64,000 bases of DNA from Blastocatellia bacterium (GTDB lineage Bacteria; Acidobacteriota; Blastocatellia; DASRDY01). Of this stretch, positions 41,780 to 53,100 are shown piece by piece. The stretch spans positions 24,300 to 88,299 of the forward strand of contig DASRDY010000285.1 in the NCBI GenBank assembly GCA_035652355.1, given 5' to 3'. How positions within the stretch are numbered: the stretch's first letter is position 1; each line of letters starts with the position of its first letter. The position numbers and the translations under genes are program-made. A model generated the notes under the pieces. That model searched no databases and was not told the origin of the DNA. It saw only the letters and a list, made by a program, of their open reading frames with translations.

Positions 41780-42979
41780 TCAAATAAAACGATAACGCAA
41801 ACCCGGGTTGTTACCCAACGAGTACCTGAATTCTATTTCCGTTCCTTCTTTAATCTCGCCGATCTCGAATATTGGAGTTGGAAAGGTCAGCCAGCTTTCG
41901 TTTGTTCTGAGTTCGATTGATCCAAAAACTGTTATGCTTGTCAGGATCGCGACCTTCCGGTTTCCTGAGACGTCTTCGTTAATTCGGATTACAGCCGGAG
42001 GGAACGCTGCTCCATTGCCGTTGTTCAAGAGCGTCGGCATTTGCCCGGCGATTTCTTTATTAATCTCGAACGCCTTACCAAGGCTCACGATCGATTCTTC
42101 GGGGACTATCACTTTGTCTGGATCTGTTCCCGCGTCAGGTGATATTTCAGCCAGTCCAATGTCGAGAGTCACTTTTTCCGGAATCAGAATTCCATTGGTA
42201 GCGAGTTGCGGCACAAGATTGAGAGTGATTGCAACCTGAGGTTCTTTTATCAGCGCCTTTTGCATGGTTTCCGTGACTGCAATATGGAATAGGTCGTCAT
42301 TAGGATGGCGGTACTCGGCTGCGTCACAGCGTATAAAGCCCTTTATATAAGAAGAGATTCCCAGTGCATCAGCAATTGTGCGAACGCAATCCAGAGACTT
42401 TTGATGAATGTCAAGTAACGTGAACTGCACCTCATTAGCGCTGAACTTCGTAGTGAGCGGTATCGCCAGCGTCGCATAAGGTCCGCATCCAGCGTAGAGC
42501 ACGTGGATGACACTGGACGGAAATCGCTTTTGTGCTTCGACGATTGCGTCGTGCAGACCGCGAAGATACCGAGCAGTTCTTTCGTTATGAAATATACAAC
42601 GACCAGCACCTCTCGGAGACAACGCAAGCCCGTGATCAAGATAGGTGTCGGTGACATCTTCTTCTAACTCGCTGAACGCATCCAATCCTGTAATCTCGGA
42701 AAACAGTGTGTACAGACTGCCGATAGCGCAGTTCTTATCGCCGTCGGTGCTGTCCGGATCCAAGAGCGTATCGGTGGCCGTCTTCAGGATAAGCGCGCGT
42801 TCGTCTCTGCGATTGTTTATAGCCTCGTCCTTAATCGCAGCAGCTGATTCTGAAAGAGTATCTGTTCTTTCGTGTGATTTAACTGTAGTCATCCGAATCG
42901 AGTGAACCTCAAACTTTCCGCGAGCTTTTTGAGAATCAAGTTCGATGGCAGAATATCGTCTAAGATGTCTTTTAAGCAA
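41780..42979 (-). CDS. Class I SAM-dependent methyltransferase with PRMT-like (protein arginine methyltransferase) motifs
   Basis: Motif I-like VIHVLYAGCGPYATLAIP. An acidic post-I residue (LLDIHQKS). Double-E-like loop HIAVTETMQKALIKE. A C-terminal beta-rich domain. The assignment rests on motifs only. Confidence 0.6.
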   Translation of the reverse strand: MLKRHLRRYSAIELDSQKARGKFEVHSIRMTTVKSHERTDTLSESAAAIKDEAINNRRDERALILKTATDTLLDPDSTDGDKNCAIGSLYTLFSEITGLDAFSELEEDVTDTYLDHGLALSPRGAGRCIFHNERTARYLRGLHDAIVEAQKRFPSSVIHVLYAGCGPYATLAIPLTTKFSANEVQFTLLDIHQKSLDCVRTIADALGISSYIKGFIRCDAAEYRHPNDDLFHIAVTETMQKALIKEPQVAITLNLVPQLATNGILIPEKVTLDIGLAEISPDAGTDPDKVIVPEESIVSLGKAFEINKEIAGQMPTLLNNGNGAAFPPAVIRINEDVSGNRKVAILTSITVFGSIELRTNESWLTFPTPIFEIGEIKEGTEIEFRYSLGNNPGLRYRFI

Positions 42980-43141
42980 GCGTTGGTATCAAATAAATAT
43001 AATTCAGTTTGTTCATCTGGATAATTTTGGTTTCGCGAGACTTTGATGCCGTCGCTATTGAATTTCACGCCGCAGGCATTCATAATCCGCACGTCTGCGC
43101 AGCAAGGTACTTCAAGTTGCGCATCGCTTTTCCTAAAGCGA

Positions 43142-43660
43142 ATGATTGTATCAGCGAAAAAGGATGCAGGTTTGTCAGACAGTCTAAGTCGAATTTCGCT
43201 TCGGCGGGCTCTTGTGGAAGACGAAGAATTCCTCTTTAAAGTATATGCTGCCACCCGTCGGGAAGAGATTGCGGGGTGGGGCCTGGATGCCGCGCAACAG
43301 GAGATGTTCCTGCGAATGCAGTTTCGCGCTCAACAATTTCAATACGAAGACTACGACGACTCCGGTAAATCTATCATCATGGAGGATGATGGCCCGATCG
43401 GTCGTCTAATTGTTAGTAGAAGCGAATCGGAGATCCACCTTGTAGATATTGCGTTGCTGCCCGAGCATCGGTCCGGCGGGATCGGCACAAAGATACTAGA
43501 AGATCTTTTTAATGAAGCTAGTGAAAGAAATATCCCGTTGCGCCTTGAAGTCTCAGCAGTCAACAGGGCGGCGGGGCTGTACAAAAGGCTTGGATTCCGG
43601 ATTGTTGATGAATCCGAAACTTATTTGAGGATGGAATGGAGATCGGCTGGCCAGTCTTAA
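43142..43660 (+). CDS. GNAT-family N-acetyltransferase (paralog 1)
   Basis: …IVDIALLPEHRSGGIGTKILEDL… carries the acetyl-CoA-binding motif A (R/Q-x-x-G-x-G/A). Start uncertain: first in-frame ATG is 43142, alternative TTG at 43169. Confidence 0.65.
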   Translation: MIVSAKKDAGLSDSLSRISLRRALVEDEEFLFKVYAATRREEIAGWGLDAAQQEMFLRMQFRAQQFQYEDYDDSGKSIIMEDDGPIGRLIVSRSESEIHLVDIALLPEHRSGGIGTKILEDLFNEASERNIPLRLEVSAVNRAAGLYKRLGFRIVDESETYLRMEWRSAGQS

Positions 43661-43761
43661 GTAGTCGCGCTGGGTGCAGGCAATTGCGTTACCGACCGAT
43701 CCCGTTAAATGGCATAAACAGATAATAATGAAGGAAGGGAAAAGACTCGTCGTCAAGATCT

Positions 43762-44073
43762 ATGCTGGAAACATGTACACACTCAACATTTAATAATCTT
43801 ACGGACCGAAAGTTTACAATTTATCACGGTTCTGACCAGCCACTCGAGACAGAGTTGATCGAGGTAGGGGATTTGGTCGAAACCAACCGTCAGGAAATGT
43901 TTGCCATTTATTTCAGAGTTCCTGATGGCGTAATACCCGCCCAGGGTTCATACAAACTGGTGAATTCAGAATTAGGAGAACTTATCCTCTTGCTGGTGCC
44001 TGTTATTCATGACGAGTCTATTATTTATGAAGCAGTCTTTAACCGCCTGAAGAAAAAAAAACCGACGGCCTAA
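43762..44073 (+). CDS. Hypothetical protein between the two GNAT genes
   Basis: 103-aa ORF with no recognisable domain. Ends in a lysine run. Confidence 0.4.
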   Translation: MLETCTHSTFNNLTDRKFTIYHGSDQPLETELIEVGDLVETNRQEMFAIYFRVPDGVIPAQGSYKLVNSELGELILLLVPVIHDESIIYEAVFNRLKKKKPTA

Positions 44074-44087
44074 AACCCCCGAATCTC

Positions 44088-44567
44088 ATGAACATAAATT
44101 ATCGCCCTGTAACCGATAATGACAAGCAGTTCCTGTTTAAGGTGTACTGCTTCAGCCGAGCCGTGGAGATGGCTCAGGTCCCCTGGAGCGACGCGCAAAA
44201 GGAAGCCTTTTTGATGATGCAGTTTCAGGCGCAGTCTAGCCATTATCAGGAGTACTACCCCAACAGTGATCATAAAATAATCCTGCTGGATGACCAGGCG
44301 ATAGGTCGTCTCTATCTTGCGTACGAGGATGATCGAATCGAAATCCTTGATATTGCCCTCTTGCCTCAGCATCGCGGATCGGGGATTGGCAAAAGAATCA
44401 TTGGTGAGCTTACCCATCAGGCGGAAACCGCTGGTCTTCCTCTGTGTATTTATGTGGAAACGTTTAATCCGTCGGTAGGGATATTTGAACGGTTGGGATT
44501 TAGCCAGAAAGAGACTGACGGGGTGAACATTCGATTCGAATGGCGGCCAACGAGCAGGCTGTTGTAA
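44088..44567 (+). CDS. GNAT-family N-acetyltransferase (paralog 2)
   Basis: Collinear with paralog 1 (…FLFKVY…MQFQAQ…ILDIALLPQHRGSGIGKRII…). Confidence 0.7.
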   Translation: MNINYRPVTDNDKQFLFKVYCFSRAVEMAQVPWSDAQKEAFLMMQFQAQSSHYQEYYPNSDHKIILLDDQAIGRLYLAYEDDRIEILDIALLPQHRGSGIGKRIIGELTHQAETAGLPLCIYVETFNPSVGIFERLGFSQKETDGVNIRFEWRPTSRLL

Positions 44568-45194
44568 CTCGACTTGAAATCGCAACGTCCAATTTGCGAG
44601 ACGGATTTTCTCATTTTTTCTTGCTTATTAGTTTTTTCGAAGTTAGAATCGCCGGGCTCAGGTAAAGGATTCCTAAAAAGCTCAAATTATATGGGCTATC
44701 GAATAGACCGTCGGATTGTAACTTGTAATTTAGATGGCCGTATTGCGCTTGAAGGAAAGGTACGGCAGTCTGCGGGCCTGCTCTCGCTGTTTGTAACAAC
44801 ATTGTCTGGTTCAGCGATGTCACTGTTTAGGGTGGCAGTTCTAACGATCTCGTAGTCAGGCACATCTCTTAGTTGAGAGCCGTACAACTTCCGGCCGTGT
44901 AAACGATTGTTTTGAAGGTTTGCGAATCCGGCCGCTTGACTTGAATTAATTGGTCGTAATAGAATCGCGGCGGCTTGAATTCAGTCTCAGCCCTTGTCGG
45001 CTAGAAAGTGTGGAACGCGCCGACAATGGCTTCGTCATTTAACCCTGTATTTACTTCGGATTGCCCGCGAATGATAAAAGCTGAGGAACGGCTGACTCTC
45101 TCTGATCAATTAGGAAGGGTTATTTACATTATCAGAGATGCATTCGGGCCGGAAATCTCGCGGCAATAAAATTCAAGGCGGAGGAGAATAAAAA

Positions 45195-45719
45195 ATGAGC
45201 AGTCCATACGTTGGGGAGATCAGGATGTTTGGCGGTAGCTTCGCGCCGGTCGGCTGGGCATTGTGCCAGGGCCAGACGATTCCAATTTCGCAAAATGACA
45301 CGCTCTTTAACTTGATCGGCACTACATATGGTGGTGACGGGCAGGAAACGTTTGACCTTCCAAATCTTGCCGGCAGAGTGCCCGTTCACCAGGGACAAGG
45401 TCCTGGCATAAGTCAAAATTACGTAATCGGTGAGACGGGCGGCGTCGAAGGTGTCACTTTAACAACCCAGCAAATTCCCAACCATTCACACCTTCCCGCG
45501 TGCAATAACACCAGTGCTGGTGCCACTACGAACGGTGGGGTATGGGGAACTGCGCCGACGACCGCAAACACTTTTTACGGCCCAACTCCCGCTAACGTGG
45601 CGTTCAACGCGCAGGCGATTCAACCCCAGGGCGGCAGTCAACCGCACGAGAATATGCAGCCGTTTCTGGTTGTAACCTTCATTATCTCTTTATTTGGCAT
45701 CTTTCCGACACAGAATTAA
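45195..45719 (+). CDS. Phage-tail-collar-domain protein (MdpB-like), paralog 1
   Basis: Canonical N-terminus G(E/Q)IRMF…FAP.GWALCDGQ…I…N.ALFSLLGTTYGGDG.TF.LP.L.GRVP. Gly/Thr-rich C-terminal half ending in a conserved block …GGSQPHENMQPFLV…F. Confidence 0.75.
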   Translation: MSSPYVGEIRMFGGSFAPVGWALCQGQTIPISQNDTLFNLIGTTYGGDGQETFDLPNLAGRVPVHQGQGPGISQNYVIGETGGVEGVTLTTQQIPNHSHLPACNNTSAGATTNGGVWGTAPTTANTFYGPTPANVAFNAQAIQPQGGSQPHENMQPFLVVTFIISLFGIFPTQN

Positions 45720-45775
45720 CGGAGTTGTTCAGGTGCTGAGGCGTTTCACATATAGAGTGCAATAGGAGAAACCAA

Positions 45776-46270
45776 ATGGGTACACCTTTTTTGGCAGAGA
45801 TGAGATTAATAAGTTTTAACTTTGCGCCCAAAGGCTGGGCCTTGTGCAATGGGCAATTGTTGCCAATTAATCAGAACCAGGCACTGTTTTCGATCCTGGG
45901 AACAACATACGGCGGGAATGGACAGACGACTTTCGCGCTCCCGGATTGCAGGAGTCGCGTTCCGATTCATACGGGACCGCAATTTAGTACCCTGGGGGAA
46001 AGGGGAGGTGAAGAATTTCATACTGTAATCCAGTCTGAGATGCCTGCGCATCTTCATTTCGTGCAGGCCAGCACTCTGGCCGCAAACGTCGCCAGCGAGA
46101 GTTCCGCTTTCTGGAGTACCACGACTGCATATGCGGGAGCACCCAATTCCACCATGGATCCTTCCTCCATTACAAGTATCGGAGGGTCTCAGCCGCACGA
46201 GAATCGGCAGCCTTATCTGGTGCTAAACATCATTATTGCGCTTCAGGGCGTCTTCCCAAGCAGAAATTAG
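45776..46270 (+). CDS. Phage-tail-collar-domain protein, paralog 2
   Basis: Same collar-domain signature, with the conserved C-terminal block GGSQPHENRQPYLVLNIIIALQGVFP. Confidence 0.75.
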   Translation: MGTPFLAEMRLISFNFAPKGWALCNGQLLPINQNQALFSILGTTYGGNGQTTFALPDCRSRVPIHTGPQFSTLGERGGEEFHTVIQSEMPAHLHFVQASTLAANVASESSAFWSTTTAYAGAPNSTMDPSSITSIGGSQPHENRQPYLVLNIIIALQGVFPSRN

Positions 46271-46287
46271 AGAATAAGGAGAAAAAT

Positions 46288-46821
46288 ATGTCAGCTCCGT
46301 TCGTAGCCGAAATAAAAATGTGGGCCGGAAATTTTGCGCCCACCGGATATGCCTTATGTGACGGTCAGTTATTGCCGATCAGTCAAAACACCGCTCTTTT
46401 CTCTCTGCTTGGAACCTTTTATGGCGGTGACGGCAAGAGTACTTTTGCTCTGCCGAACATGCAGGACAGCGTTCCTATAAATCAGGGGCAAAGCTCTGCC
46501 AGCGGTACGGATTATTTTATCGGAGAGCAATCAGGGGTTCCGTTTGTAACATTGATAACGACCGAGATGCCTGTACACACGCATACGGCGCAGGGCGGTT
46601 CAAGCGGTACGAGCAACAACCCGCAAAGTCTCACTTGGGGGCAAATGGCAGTTGGCCGAACCGGCACTCCGCTGTATCAAAGCGCCAATACTAATCTGAC
46701 AACAATGAACCCGCAATCCTTAGGGATCGCCGGAGGCAGTCAACCGCATAATAATATGATGCCTTTTATTGTATTGACCTTTATTATCGCGCTTCAGGGT
46801 ATCTTTCCAGCGCGATCCTAG
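46288..46821 (+). CDS. Phage-tail-collar-domain protein, paralog 3
   Basis: Same collar-domain signature, with the conserved C-terminal block GGSQPHNNMMPFIVLTFIIALQGIFP. Confidence 0.75.
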   Translation: MSAPFVAEIKMWAGNFAPTGYALCDGQLLPISQNTALFSLLGTFYGGDGKSTFALPNMQDSVPINQGQSSASGTDYFIGEQSGVPFVTLITTEMPVHTHTAQGGSSGTSNNPQSLTWGQMAVGRTGTPLYQSANTNLTTMNPQSLGIAGGSQPHNNMMPFIVLTFIIALQGIFPARS

Positions 46822-47162
46822 CCGATCGGCGTTACGACGGTTGGGCCATTTTGTGAGGAGGGCGGTTTTCAGTGCGAACTGTTATTTTCGTGGATAAGTC
46901 GCCGCCTGGAACGCAAACAAGCGTGCCAGGTGGCTTCAATTATCGATCCGCCCAGCTCGACTCCCCAAACATTGTTCATTTAAGTCGCTGCGATTGTGTG
47001 GATCGCCGCAAGTCAAGACGCAAACTAAAAAAGGATATTGTCGGCTCGGCCTAATGGATCGGGATTGCTCTAGTCTGGTCCGGTTCCATATCCGTTGTTC
47101 GAGCCTCTGCGGTCGGTTCTGATTGCAGGAGTCGTTCTGTTTTATCGCATGAAGGAGATCAC

Positions 47163-50100
47163 ATGAAGACATTGATTCGTCGTTTTGGATTCACCAGATT
47201 TGTTGTTCTGACGTTATGCATTACGTTCGTGTTGGTGCTGGTCAAGCGTGAATCAATGGTCCTTGCAACCAGCCTGTTTCATGCGGCGACATCGGGTCGC
47301 ACCCAAACCAAGGACAATACCCAGGCTAAAGATCACACTCAGCTTAAAGTTCTGAGTTCTGTCAAAGTTCGGCCGACATCTATAGCGAAGCCGATGATCA
47401 AGCTTCAGGACAGTCGCGAGCTTTCATCTGACAGCGCGAGCGCTGTGGGTACATCGCATCAATCACTGGCGCTTAACTCGCCCATAGCAGGCTCGCTCAG
47501 ACCTGCCGATTCGATTTATAGTTCTCTGCGGCAAGCGGGCGCACGGCCGCTCGCCCTGGCGACTGCGGATATTAATCGGGACGGATTCCCCGATCTGATT
47601 ACAGGCTACGCGACTTCCGGGGGCGGAGTATTGATGTTGCGGTGGGCCAACGAGCAGGCCTATGCTCCCAGCGATCCGGCTGTCCTCGAAGGTATTAGAC
47701 AGCGCCGGTTTCCCAATCCATTCTTTGATGATGGGGCCACGATCGAACTGCCCGAAGCTCCTGATTTTGTATTAACCGGTGATTTCAACCATGACGGCAT
47801 AGTGGATGTTGTGGTTGCCGCCAAGGGCAGCAATGCGTTCTACCTCCTTGCGGGGGATGGACTGGGCGGATTTTCCGCTCCGACGCGCAAAGAATTGCCA
47901 GGCGCGGTAACGGCAATGACTGCGGGAGAGTTCGGCGCCCAGGATGGCTCGATGGACCTTGTTATAGGCGTCAATGGCTCCGGGGGATCTTCAGTACTGA
48001 TTTTCGATAAACACGAGAGCATTATCGATTCCACTCCTGAGGTTCGCGGTATATCAGGGTCGATCACGACATTGGCGCTGGGTTCACTTGATGGCGATCA
48101 ATTCAACGATCTTGCCATACTGGCGGGAGGCAGGCTGAGTGTTCTGCACGGCCAGGATCGCCTGGAAGGAGTGGATTCAGCAGCGACAGCCAGGCTTGAG
48201 AGCATTCCGTTATCGTTTGCTCCTAAATCATTTTCGCTGGGGAATTTCATCTGGGACCGTGAGGATAAGACTGAGATAGCCGTAATGTCGGCCGATAATC
48301 AGGTTCACATTCTTGCCCGCGGCAGTCTTGACGTTCGTCCCTTTACAGAAGAGGAAGTTCTGGCGAGTCGCAAGGACAAAGAAGCAAAAACCATTGCGAT
48401 GGCGAACGGTACTTATGTCGCGCCGGTTCTGAGCCAGTCGGCGGCAAACCAAAAATGGGCAATTGCGGAAGATGTTCCGGTTGAATCGACTGGAGTCGGC
48501 AATTCCGCGCCAATCCTGCTTACCACCAGAATGTCCTCCGTTCCTGCGGATGATCTGCTGGTCAAGGTTCCTGGCGGCACCCAAATTCAGGTTATGTACA
48601 AAGACACGAATCAGTCGGTAACTCGTAGCCGCACCAGCGGACGAGTGATGACTGGTAGAACTCCCGTGACGCTTGATTCAGCCAGCGAACCAGTCGCGGT
48701 ACTGCCGATGCGGGTCAATGTCGATGGTCGACCTGGTCTGGTTGTAATGAGCCAGGGTAATGTGACCGCTTCAGTTATAATGCCTGAAGGCGGCACCACC
48801 ATCACGGTCAACTCTGCCACGGACGTTATTCACAGTCCCGGATGCGCAACGACTGGCACAGGTACTTGTTCGCTCAGGGATGCGATTATCTTCTCGAACG
48901 CCGATACGGGCGCCGCAGATACGATTGTTTTCAGCGTTGGTATTAATCCAACTTTAACCATATCCAGTGGAGGCGCGGCGGAAAACAATGCGCAATCCGG
49001 AGATTTGGACATTAATCGCAGTGTTACCATAACCGGGAATGCTCCTACGACAGTCAGTACTACGTTCGATAATACCTGCGGCGACTGCAAGGTTTTCGGA
49101 ATCGATCAGACGGGTTTATTCCCTGGCGAGACTGTAAGTATGTCTGGTCTTACGATCCAGAATGGTGTTAATCACGGAAACGCAGGTTCGATTTGCGGTA
49201 CGTTCTTCGAAACGGGCGGCGGCATTGACGTCTTTTTCAAATCCTCTGGAAATTCCTTCACGTTGACGAATTCAACAGTAACAAACAATAGAACCGACCT
49301 TTGTGTGGCTGCCGGGCAGCATAGTCACGGCGGTGGCATCAACATCGATAGCAATAATCAGGCAATTGTAGGGGGCGCCAGCGCCGGTACGGCAACATTA
49401 ACTAATGTTACAGTCAGCAATAATATCGCGGGTCTTCAGGCTGGCGGAATTGGTCTTTTAGCGGACGTCCACAACGTGAACTTGACCAACGTTACAATAA
49501 CTGGCAACCAGAGCCAGCATTCAGATGGAGGCGGAGTATTCGTTTTACACAGCTTTGGTGGAACCGATACGTTTTCCAACGGATCGGTCTCGAGTAACAC
49601 GTCAGATGGGATAGGCGGTGGAGTTGAAATTGACGGTAATCAGGTAGTCAATTTTACAGGGACGACTTTTACCAGCAATACCGCCACTGGCACCGGCGCG
49701 AGTTCATTGGGCGGTGGGCTTGCCATTACCAACATTGGAGCGGCAGGCGTTACCGGAAGCACATCATTAACGAACTGCACCATAGATAGTAACCACGCCA
49801 ACAACGGCGCAAATTCAGGTGGTGGTGGTGTCTATTTCAACGGGGGTTACTCGTTGACTATTTCCGCCTGCGATATTAAAAACAACACCGGCGGTCAGGG
49901 TGGGGGTATTTTCAACGGTGGCAGCAACAGCTCGCCTGGCAGCACTGTAACGATAAATAATCTGACACTTATACACGGCAATTCAGCCGTCACCACTGGC
50001 GGTGGCAACGGAGATGGCGGAGGTATTGCAAACGGCCAAATCGGTGGAGCTGGGACTCAGTCTGGAACCATCGTAACCAAAACTCATATATTCGGAAACA

Positions 50101-53100
50101 CGGCGGCTAACAATGGTGGTGGTATCGCAGTTGGTCCTTTGACTAATGGAGCGACGTTTTCGATGAGCTTTAGCCGAATTGTTAATAACACTTCTAACGC
50201 TGCGACCAATCACGGAATCGAGGTTAATGGCACGAACGCAGTTGCGAGTGTGGCCGACAACTGGTGGGGTTGTTCGCAGAATCCGATCGGCAGTACTCAG
50301 TGCGACTCTGCGCACGCGACATCCGGAACGCTGACGGTTACCCCATTCCTGCAGATCACCAATTCGGCGGCGCAGAATCCGATTAAAGTTGGAGCAACCA
50401 CGACTCTGACTGCTACGGTTCAGGATTCGAACGGAATAAATCAGTCGTCAGCCAATTTGGACGTCTTTATTACCAGCAATGCAACCGCTGGAACCCCGTT
50501 GCCTGTAACCTGGAGCGCTGCGACAAACTCAATCACAATTGACGCGAACAGCTCGCCGCTTAAGAACGTCGGCGGAGTCGTTCAGGTGACGGCCACATAT
50601 AACGGGACAAATCCTGTGCATCATGATCCGGCGGCGGCCAAGGTCGATAACGATTTCACGACCGGATCGCATCCGAATGTGGTTTTGATGACTGTCCTCT
50701 CGCCGCCTAGCATTGCAAAAGCGTTCGGATCGCCAAATGTTGCGATAAACGGTGCACCAAACACGACGACTTTGACGTTTACGATAACAAACCCGAATGT
50801 GGGCGACGGGTTGAATGGACTTGCGTTTACAGATACCTTCGCGCCTGGCGCGGCAAATATCAAAGTCGCATCTCCGCCCAATGCATCGACCACTTGCGGC
50901 GGCGGAACGGTGACGGCGGTTGCAGGCTCAGGCTCCGTTTCATTGAGCGGTGGCACGATCGGCATAAATACTACTTGTACCGTTACCGTCACTGTTCAAG
51001 GCCAAGCTCCTGACGGTACAGCTAATAACACCAGCGGGAATGTTACGGCCACCGATGCGGGTGGTTTGACTGGCAACACTGCCAGTGCCAGCACGCTTGT
51101 GGCCGATGCGCCAACTATCGCAAAACTATTCGGCGCCGCTACAATACCGCTGAACGGCACCACGTCGTTGACATTCACTCTTCAGAATACGAACGCGAAT
51201 ACAGCGCTGAGCGGAGTCGCGTTTAGCGACACTCTGCCCGCTGGATTGACAGTCGCTACCCCAGGAAACCCGAGCACCAACTGCCCAGGCGGAACTGTTA
51301 CCGCTACGAATGGGTCATCGAGCATAACCCTCTCGGGTGCATCGCTCGCAACCGGGGCAACTTGCACTGCAACGGTTACCGTTCAGGGAACAACAGCCGG
51401 AGTGAAGAACAACACGGCATCCGCTTCATCTACGACTACGGGTGCTCTTACTAATTCGACAGGTACGGTTCCAATAACAGTTGTGGCGCCGCCGACGATC
51501 AGCAAGGCATTCGGTGCGCCCAGCATACCATTGAACGGCACGACAACGATGACCTTCACGATTACCAATCCGAATACCACGGTTGGTTTGAGTGGACTCG
51601 CATTTAGCGACACATTCCCATCAGGTCTGCAGGTGGCAGCGACACCGGGCGTGGTCAATAACTGCAACGGGACCTTCACTCCGGCAGCAGGTGATACTAC
51701 GGTCAGCCTCTCAGGAGGGACGGTCGGTACCAATACCTCCTGTACTATCACGGTTAATGTAACCGGAACAACAGCAGGTGCGATGGCGAATATAACCGGA
51801 GCGATTTCGTCGACCGAAGGCGGAACGGGCACAACCAGCAACACGGCAACGCTCAATGTGTTTGCGCCTCCTACAATTTCCAAGGCGTTTGGTGTCTCGA
51901 CGATAGCGGTCAATGGTACGACATCTCTCACCTTCACAATTACAAACCCGGCCTCGAATCCAGGGGCATTGACAGGTATTGGTTTTACCGATTCTCTGCC
52001 TGCGGGACTGGTGGTCGCGACGCCTAATGGGTTGTCAAACACTTGTAATGGTACAGTGACGGCGGTCGCCGGATCAGGTTCGATAACCCTGAATAACAAC
52101 GGCAGCATCACCACTCCTGGTACTACCTGTACGATCCAGGTAAATGTTACCGGCACCACTTCCGGGGTGAAAAACAACACAACCGGTGCTATATCATCGA
52201 CCAATGGCGGAACCGGCGCAACCAGTAACACTGCCACTTTGACGGTCGCATCGCCGCCGACTATTAGCAAGGCTTTCGGCGCGGCGACGATTCCGCTAAA
52301 CGGCACAACGTCAATGACGTTCACGATCAGCAATCCAAACTCGATTGGACTAACCGGTCTTGCGGTTTCGGATACTCTTCCGGCAGGTTTGGTTGTTGCA
52401 ACTCCGAACAACCTGAGCAATTCATGTAATGGCAGCGTGACGGCTACATCGGGTACAAATTCGGTGAGCCTGTCTGGCGGCACGATAGCGGCCAGTCCTG
52501 CTACCTGTACAGTGTCTGTAGATGTTCAGGGCACAACGGCCGGTGTGAAGAGCAACACTACTACCGCAATCACTTCTACTGAAAGCGGACCCGGCACAAC
52601 CAGCAACACCGCGACAGTAACAGTGGTAGCACCGCCTACAATCAGCAAGGCGTTCGGCGCTGCCAGTGTGGCGGTCAATGGCAGCACGACGTTGACATTC
52701 ACGATAAGTAATCCTAACGCTACAGTCAGCCTGACGGGCCTGGCATTTAATGACAGCTTCCCGTCGGGTCTTCAGGTAGCATCGACACCTGGCGTCGTCA
52801 ACAACTGCGGTGGGACCTTTACTGCGAATGCTAATGCGACATCTGTGAGCCTGTCGGGTGGCACGGTTGGTACTGGCGGGTCGTCGACTTGTACAATAAC
52901 AGTCAATGTTACCGGTACATCGGCAGGCGCGAAGGCCAATACTACTGGCGCAGTCTCCTCGACTGAGGGCGGAACCGGCGCAGTCAGCAACACCGCGACA
53001 CTAAACGTGTTTGCTCCGCCGACGATCAGCAAAGCATTTGGTACTAGTCAGGTCCCGCTCGGTGGAACTACGACCCTGACCTTTACGATCACTAATCCGG

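Noticed and set aside
42889-43254. 121-aa minus-strand ORF overlapping the methyltransferase 5' end and the GNAT N-terminus
   Set aside because: It overlaps two better-supported genes on both strands and has no recognisable domain. It may only indicate that the methyltransferase starts at the internal Met at 42895.
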